From: Vulcanimicrobiota bacterium
Lineage (GTDB): Bacteria > Vulcanimicrobiota > Vulcanimicrobiia > Vulcanimicrobiales > Vulcanimicrobiaceae
Assembly: GCA_964657315.1 (NCBI GenBank)
Contig: CAZZUZ010000001.1
Location: forward strand, 1-55,762
Length of the DNA: 55,762 bases
Direction: 5' to 3'
Shown piece after piece: positions 51,792 through 55,762 of this stretch. The notes below the pieces were generated by a model, which was not told where the DNA came from, searched no databases, and was given only the letters and a program-made list of their open reading frames with translations. Made by a program: the position numbers and the translations under genes. Position 1 is the stretch's first letter, and each line of letters opens with the position of its first letter.

Positions 51792-53405
51792 TTACGAGGA
51801 CGAGCGAGCGGAACGCGCGAGATCTCGCGCGATGATGCGGGCGGTTACCTTGGCGGACATCATGACCGCGGGCGTTCCACCGCCGGGCTGCGTGTTCGCT
51901 CCGACCAGATAGAGCGCATCGATATCTTCGCTCTTATTGTGGGGACGAAAGAAGGCGCTCTGTGCGAAGATCGGTTCGAGGCCGAACGCATTTCCAAGCC
52001 GGCTGTTGAGCGTCTTCGCGAAATAGTCGGGCGTAATGAAGCTCGAGGTCGTCAAGCGTTCGCGCAGGTTTGCGATCCGCGAGCGATCGTCGAGGTAGGC
52101 GATCACGCGCTCGGTGAGTCGCGGGCCCTCGATGCCCCAATCGATCCCGCTCCCGTTATGCGGAACCGGGACGAGCGTGTAGGCCGCGTGATGTCCCTCG
52201 GGAGCCATCCTCGGATCCGTGATCGACGGCACGTGCAGGTATTGCGAGAAATCCGGCGCGAGGATCTTGCGATCGAAGATATCGCGCAGCAGACCCGTAT
52301 AGCGCGGTCCGAGCAAGATATTATGGTGCCGAAGTTCTCCGTCGAGCTCCGGGTCGCGGCGAAAACCGAAGTAGATCACGAGGACCGACATCGACTGCTT
52401 CGCGAGCGTGAGGCGCAGATCGGGCTGCCAGCGGCGATAGCGTTTGTCGATCATGCCGTAGGTCGCCGCGTAATCGCCGTTCGAGACGACGATATCGCAG
52501 CGCAACGTTTCGCCGCTCGTCAGCCGGACGCCGCGCGCGCGGGGGCGTTTGACCGCACGCTCGACGTCGATGCGCTCGACCTCGCTCGCGTAGCGGATCC
52601 GTCCGCCGAGCTCTTCGAACTTCTTCACGAACCCGCGCACGAGCGCGCCCGTCCCGCCGAGGGCGTAATGGACGCCCCACGTCTTCTCGACGAAGTGGAT
52701 CATCGCGTAGATCGCGGGGACGTGCATCGGATTGCCGCCGACGAGGAGCGATTCGAAGCTCAGGACCGCGCGCAATTTCTCGTTCTTCACGAACCGCGAG
52801 ACGAACGAATAGAGCGGCGCGATCGCACCGAGTCGCACGAGGTCGGGAACGATCGCGAGCATCGTCCGCAGCCGGCCGAAGTACGTGTAGCCGAGCTGGA
52901 GAAATCCACGCTCGAAGATCGCTTCGGCGGCCGTGTGGAAACGCTCGTAGCCCGGCAAGTCGTTCGGCTCGATCGCGGCGATCTGCGCGCGCGTCGATGC
53001 CGGATCGCCGTCGTAATCGAAGTGCGTGTCGTCGTCGAAGACGATCCGATAGAACGGCGAGAGCGGCACGATCGTCACGTAGCGCGACGTCTGCGGGCCG
53101 CCGCTGATGCCGCTGCGGATGCGGTGCCCGGCGAGTACGTCCGGCGGGAAGTCGGGCGCATCGAGATTCGGCGCGCCCGCCTCCAGTGCGAAGAGCTCTT
53201 CGATAAAATGCGGGACCGTGAGGACGGTCGGACCCATGTCGAAGCGGTAGCCGTCCTGCTCGCGGACGTAGGCGCGGCCGCCGGGGCCGTCGAGCTTCTC
53301 GAGGATCGTCGTCGCGATCCCCATGCTCTGCAGGCGAATGCCGAGCGCGAGGCCGCCGATCCCCGAGCCGATGACGATCGCCGTCGGACGTTCTGCCGTG
53401 TACAT
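51792..53405 (-). CDS. crtI: phytoene desaturase
   Basis: The N-terminus [21 protein letters not shown]...[10 protein letters not shown]...[20 protein letters not shown] closely parallels CrtI proteins as I remember them. Confidence 0.8.
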   Translation of the reverse strand: MYTAERPTAIVIGSGIGGLALGIRLQSMGIATTILEKLDGPGGRAYVREQDGYRFDMGPTVLTVPHFIEELFALEAGAPNLDAPDFPPDVLAGHRIRSGISGGPQTSRYVTIVPLSPFYRIVFDDDTHFDYDGDPASTRAQIAAIEPNDLPGYERFHTAAEAIFERGFLQLGYTYFGRLRTMLAIVPDLVRLGAIAPLYSFVSRFVKNEKLRAVLSFESLLVGGNPMHVPAIYAMIHFVEKTWGVHYALGGTGALVRGFVKKFEELGGRIRYASEVERIDVERAVKRPRARGVRLTSGETLRCDIVVSNGDYAATYGMIDKRYRRWQPDLRLTLAKQSMSVLVIYFGFRRDPELDGELRHHNILLGPRYTGLLRDIFDRKILAPDFSQYLHVPSITDPRMAPEGHHAAYTLVPVPHNGSGIDWGIEGPRLTERVIAYLDDRSRIANLRERLTTSSFITPDYFAKTLNSRLGNAFGLEPIFAQSAFFRPHNKSEDIDALYLVGANTQPGGGTPAVMMSAKVTARIIARDLARSARSSS

Positions 53406-53475
53406 CGCCCGTTAGAAACGGACTGCCGAGCCCGAGTTCCTTCGCGCGACGCGCCCTCGGTTATACTCGTAGGCG

Positions 53476-55440
53476 ATGTCTTCCGAACAAACGAGCGATG
53501 CGGCCGAGCGCGGCGCCGTCGTACGCGACGAGAAACTCGAGCGGGCGAAGCTCAAACGCGAGGTCGGGCGCTTCGGCTGGAAGCTGATCGGCCACGAGAC
53601 GGTCGAGATCCGGGTCGTCCGCGAGTTCCGATTCGGATCGCGGACGGTCGTCGTACGAGGGCGGGTCCCGGTGCCGATCCCGGCCGAGCTGACCGCGGAG
53701 GCGGGTGAGGCCGCCGTCGCGCCGGTCGTCGACCCGACCGTCGGGAAGTTCCGCCACACGATCGAGCGCGCCGCCGTCAAGATCCTGAGCGAACCCGACG
53801 ACGTCACGCAACGCCACGTCTTCGAAGCGACCTCGTTTTTTACGGCGCTCGAAGACGCGCGCCGCGGCGTCGTGCGGATCTATCAGGAACTCGAGAACGC
53901 GCGCCTCGATCGCCGCGTCGAAGCCGATCTGGATCTGCAATTCTACATCGAAGGCTTCACGCGCGAGGCGCGTAGCTTCGAATACTTCGTCGGCCCGACG
54001 AACTCGGGGAAGACGTATGCCGCGATCGAACTCTTACGCGAAGCGGGGAGCGGCGTCTATCTGGCACCGCTGCGCCTCCTCGCGCTCGAAGTGCACGAAC
54101 GGCTGACGGATCTCGGCGTCGCGACGTCGCTCGTCACGGGCGAGGAGCGGGTTCTGCGCCCCGGAGCGCGGCACGTCAGCTCGACGGTGGAGATGGTCGA
54201 TCTCGGCCGCGAGGTCGATGTCGCCGTCGTCGACGAGGCGCAGATGCTACATGACGAACAGCGCGGCTGGGCGTGGACGCTCGCGATCGCGGGCGTGCGG
54301 GCGAAGAAGGTCGTGCTGTGCGGCTCGCAAGACGGCTTGGACGCGGCGACGATCCTCGCGAAGCGGCTCGGCGTCGAGCTCGCCGTCCGACGCTTTGAGC
54401 GCAAGAATCCGCTCGAGGTCGCGGATCCGATCCCGCTCACGGAGCTGCGCGCGGGCGATGCGGTCGTCGCGTTTTCGCGCAATGCGGTCGTGGAATTGCA
54501 AGGCCAGATCGGGCGGACCGGGCTCTCGACCGCCGCGATCTACGGCTCGCTCTCGCCTGCGGTGAGGCGCCGCGAAGCCGAACGTTTTCGCGGCGGTGAA
54601 GCGGCGGTGCTCGTGGCGACGGACGCGATCGGCCTCGGGCTCAACCTTCCGATCAAGCGGCTCGTCTTCGCCTCGATGGAGAAGTTCGACGGCGTTTCGA
54701 CGCGGACGCTCGAACCGCCCGAGATCCGTCAGATCGCGGGACGCGCCGGGCGTTACGGCATCCACGAGAAGGGTCAGGTCGCGGCGACCGACGCGCGCGC
54801 CACGCGCATCTTGCGCGAACGCCTCAATTCGTTCGAACCGCCCGAACACGAGCCGCCGCTCTGGATCTCGCCGACCGACGAGCATCTCCGCCGGCTCGCC
54901 GCGATCATCGGGACGTCGCGCGTGAGCCGGTTGCTGCTCTTCTTTCAAACGCGCGTTTTGCGCGGCACGGACGAGAGCGTGCGCATCGCGAACCTCGCGG
55001 GGACGATCGAGGTCGCGACCGCACTCGAGATGTCGGACCGGTTTCTCGAGCTGCCGCTCGGCGTGCGTTGCACGTATAGTCGTGCGCCGGTCACGACGCG
55101 CGGCAATGCGCTGCTCGTCCTGACCCGTTGGGGCGAGCGCCACGCGAGCGACGGCATCGTCGACGGCAGCGAACTCACGACGGGCCTCGTCGCGCGCGAC
55201 CGGCTGCTGCTCTTCGAAGATCGCTCGCGGCTCGCGACGCTCTACCTCTGGCTCGCGCAACGCTTTCCGGACGTCTACGTCAACGGTGCCGCGGTGACGC
55301 GCGTGCGCGAACGGACCGACGAAGACATCCACACCGCGCTGCTGCAATCGGGCGCGCGCGCGAGCAAAACGCCCGCAGCGCCGCGGCCCTTCCGGCGCAA
55401 GGGTCCGCCGAAATTCGACAAACGTCGACTCAAACGCTGA
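53476..55440 (+). CDS. Suv3-like ATP-dependent RNA helicase
   Basis: GPTNSGKT (motif I), VVDEAQM (motif II), ...VATDAIGLGLNLPI... and ...QIAGRAGR.... About 190-aa N-terminal extension. Confidence 0.75.
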   Translation: MSSEQTSDAAERGAVVRDEKLERAKLKREVGRFGWKLIGHETVEIRVVREFRFGSRTVVVRGRVPVPIPAELTAEAGEAAVAPVVDPTVGKFRHTIERAAVKILSEPDDVTQRHVFEATSFFTALEDARRGVVRIYQELENARLDRRVEADLDLQFYIEGFTREARSFEYFVGPTNSGKTYAAIELLREAGSGVYLAPLRLLALEVHERLTDLGVATSLVTGEERVLRPGARHVSSTVEMVDLGREVDVAVVDEAQMLHDEQRGWAWTLAIAGVRAKKVVLCGSQDGLDAATILAKRLGVELAVRRFERKNPLEVADPIPLTELRAGDAVVAFSRNAVVELQGQIGRTGLSTAAIYGSLSPAVRRREAERFRGGEAAVLVATDAIGLGLNLPIKRLVFASMEKFDGVSTRTLEPPEIRQIAGRAGRYGIHEKGQVAATDARATRILRERLNSFEPPEHEPPLWISPTDEHLRRLAAIIGTSRVSRLLLFFQTRVLRGTDESVRIANLAGTIEVATALEMSDRFLELPLGVRCTYSRAPVTTRGNALLVLTRWGERHASDGIVDGSELTTGLVARDRLLLFEDRSRLATLYLWLAQRFPDVYVNGAAVTRVRERTDEDIHTALLQSGARASKTPAAPRPFRRKGPPKFDKRRLKR

Positions 55441-55454
55441 GGGATGCGGAAGGG

Positions 55455-55762
55455 ATGAAGATGCAATTGCAACGGTGGCGCTCGGTCCGGTCGCCCGCCT
55501 CGGTGAAGCACGCGAACGCTGCGGTCGTGTGGTTGCGGCTCGTCACGAGTCTCGCATGGCTCGAAAGCGCGTTGTACGGCAAGGATGCGAAACTCGCGCC
55601 CTCGTTCTTCGACGGCAGCGGGCTCGCGGAGCGCGTCACCACGACGTTCGTTCACACGGCCGTCTCGCCCGCGATCGCGGACCTGCTCCGCACCGTCGTC
55701 GCACCGAACGCGCATCTCTTCGCCGTGATGCTCGGGATCGGCGATCTCGCGATCGGCATCTC
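55455..55762 (+). CDS. DoxX-like membrane protein, partial (runs off the right edge)
   Basis: ATG 55455, open to the window end. Hydrophobic segments ...VVWLRLVTSLAWLESALYGK... and ...FAVMLGIGDLAIGI. Confidence 0.4.
   Translation, partial: MKMQLQRWRSVRSPASVKHANAAVVWLRLVTSLAWLESALYGKDAKLAPSFFDGSGLAERVTTTFVHTAVSPAIADLLRTVVAPNAHLFAVMLGIGDLAIGI

Noticed and set aside
42246-55347. Numerous long antisense/alternate-frame ORFs over host genes (e.g. 42246..42977, 43706..44575, 44308..45336, 45644..46801, 46843..47754, 51939..53708, 54247..55347)
   Set aside because: Each overlaps a gene with clear family motifs on the other strand or frame, and each is Arg/Asp/Glu-rich low-complexity sequence as expected in GC-rich DNA.
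1-55762. CRISPR arrays, rRNA genes, retron-like or toxin-antitoxin pairs
   Set aside because: I saw no regularly spaced direct repeats, no rRNA-like sequence, no RT, and no recognisable TA families.

Overview
GC-rich bacterial chromosome segment. All family calls come from reading motifs and gene order by eye; no searches were run. Positions ~300-41770 are an integrated contractile-tailed prophage plus adjoining accessory or island DNA, almost entirely on the minus strand. From right to left the structural module reads: small and large terminase, portal, prohead protease-scaffold fusion, major capsid, connector proteins, sheath, tube, a tail chaperone with a canonical -1 frameshift site, tape measure, baseplate (gpD-like hub, gpV-like spike, gp25/W-like, J-like, Mu gp48-like), tail fibre, then lipoprotein cargo. 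Upstream of the terminase are eight translationally coupled micro-ORFs and a divergent control region with a 14-bp direct-repeat operator. The ~13 kb accessory region (28.9-41.5 kb) looks the least described part of the window. It holds two paralogous tyrosine recombinases, each embedded in a long overlapping-gene operon of small Cys-rich or transmembrane proteins. One of these operons also encodes a cytosolic papain-like (C1) protease. The region also has an orphan DUF6527-like gene, a tandem paralogue pair, and an AT-rich ~3.3 kb cassette with palindrome-plus-CTGCCCAAA repeat ends carrying a SWIM-DDE transposase. The element ends at a tRNA-like fragment next to tRNA-Thr(GGT). Host genes to the right are a SAM-cyclase-STAND-TPR protein, tRNA-Arg(CCT), a sugar ABC transporter operon with mutarotase and aldo-keto reductase, a frame-disrupted small ORF, a ferritin-like protein, crtI, a Suv3-like helicase and a partial DoxX-like gene. 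I saw no rRNA, CRISPR array, reverse transcriptase or convincing att repeat. Many long Arg-rich ORFs in the track are antisense or alternate-frame artefacts of the high GC content.
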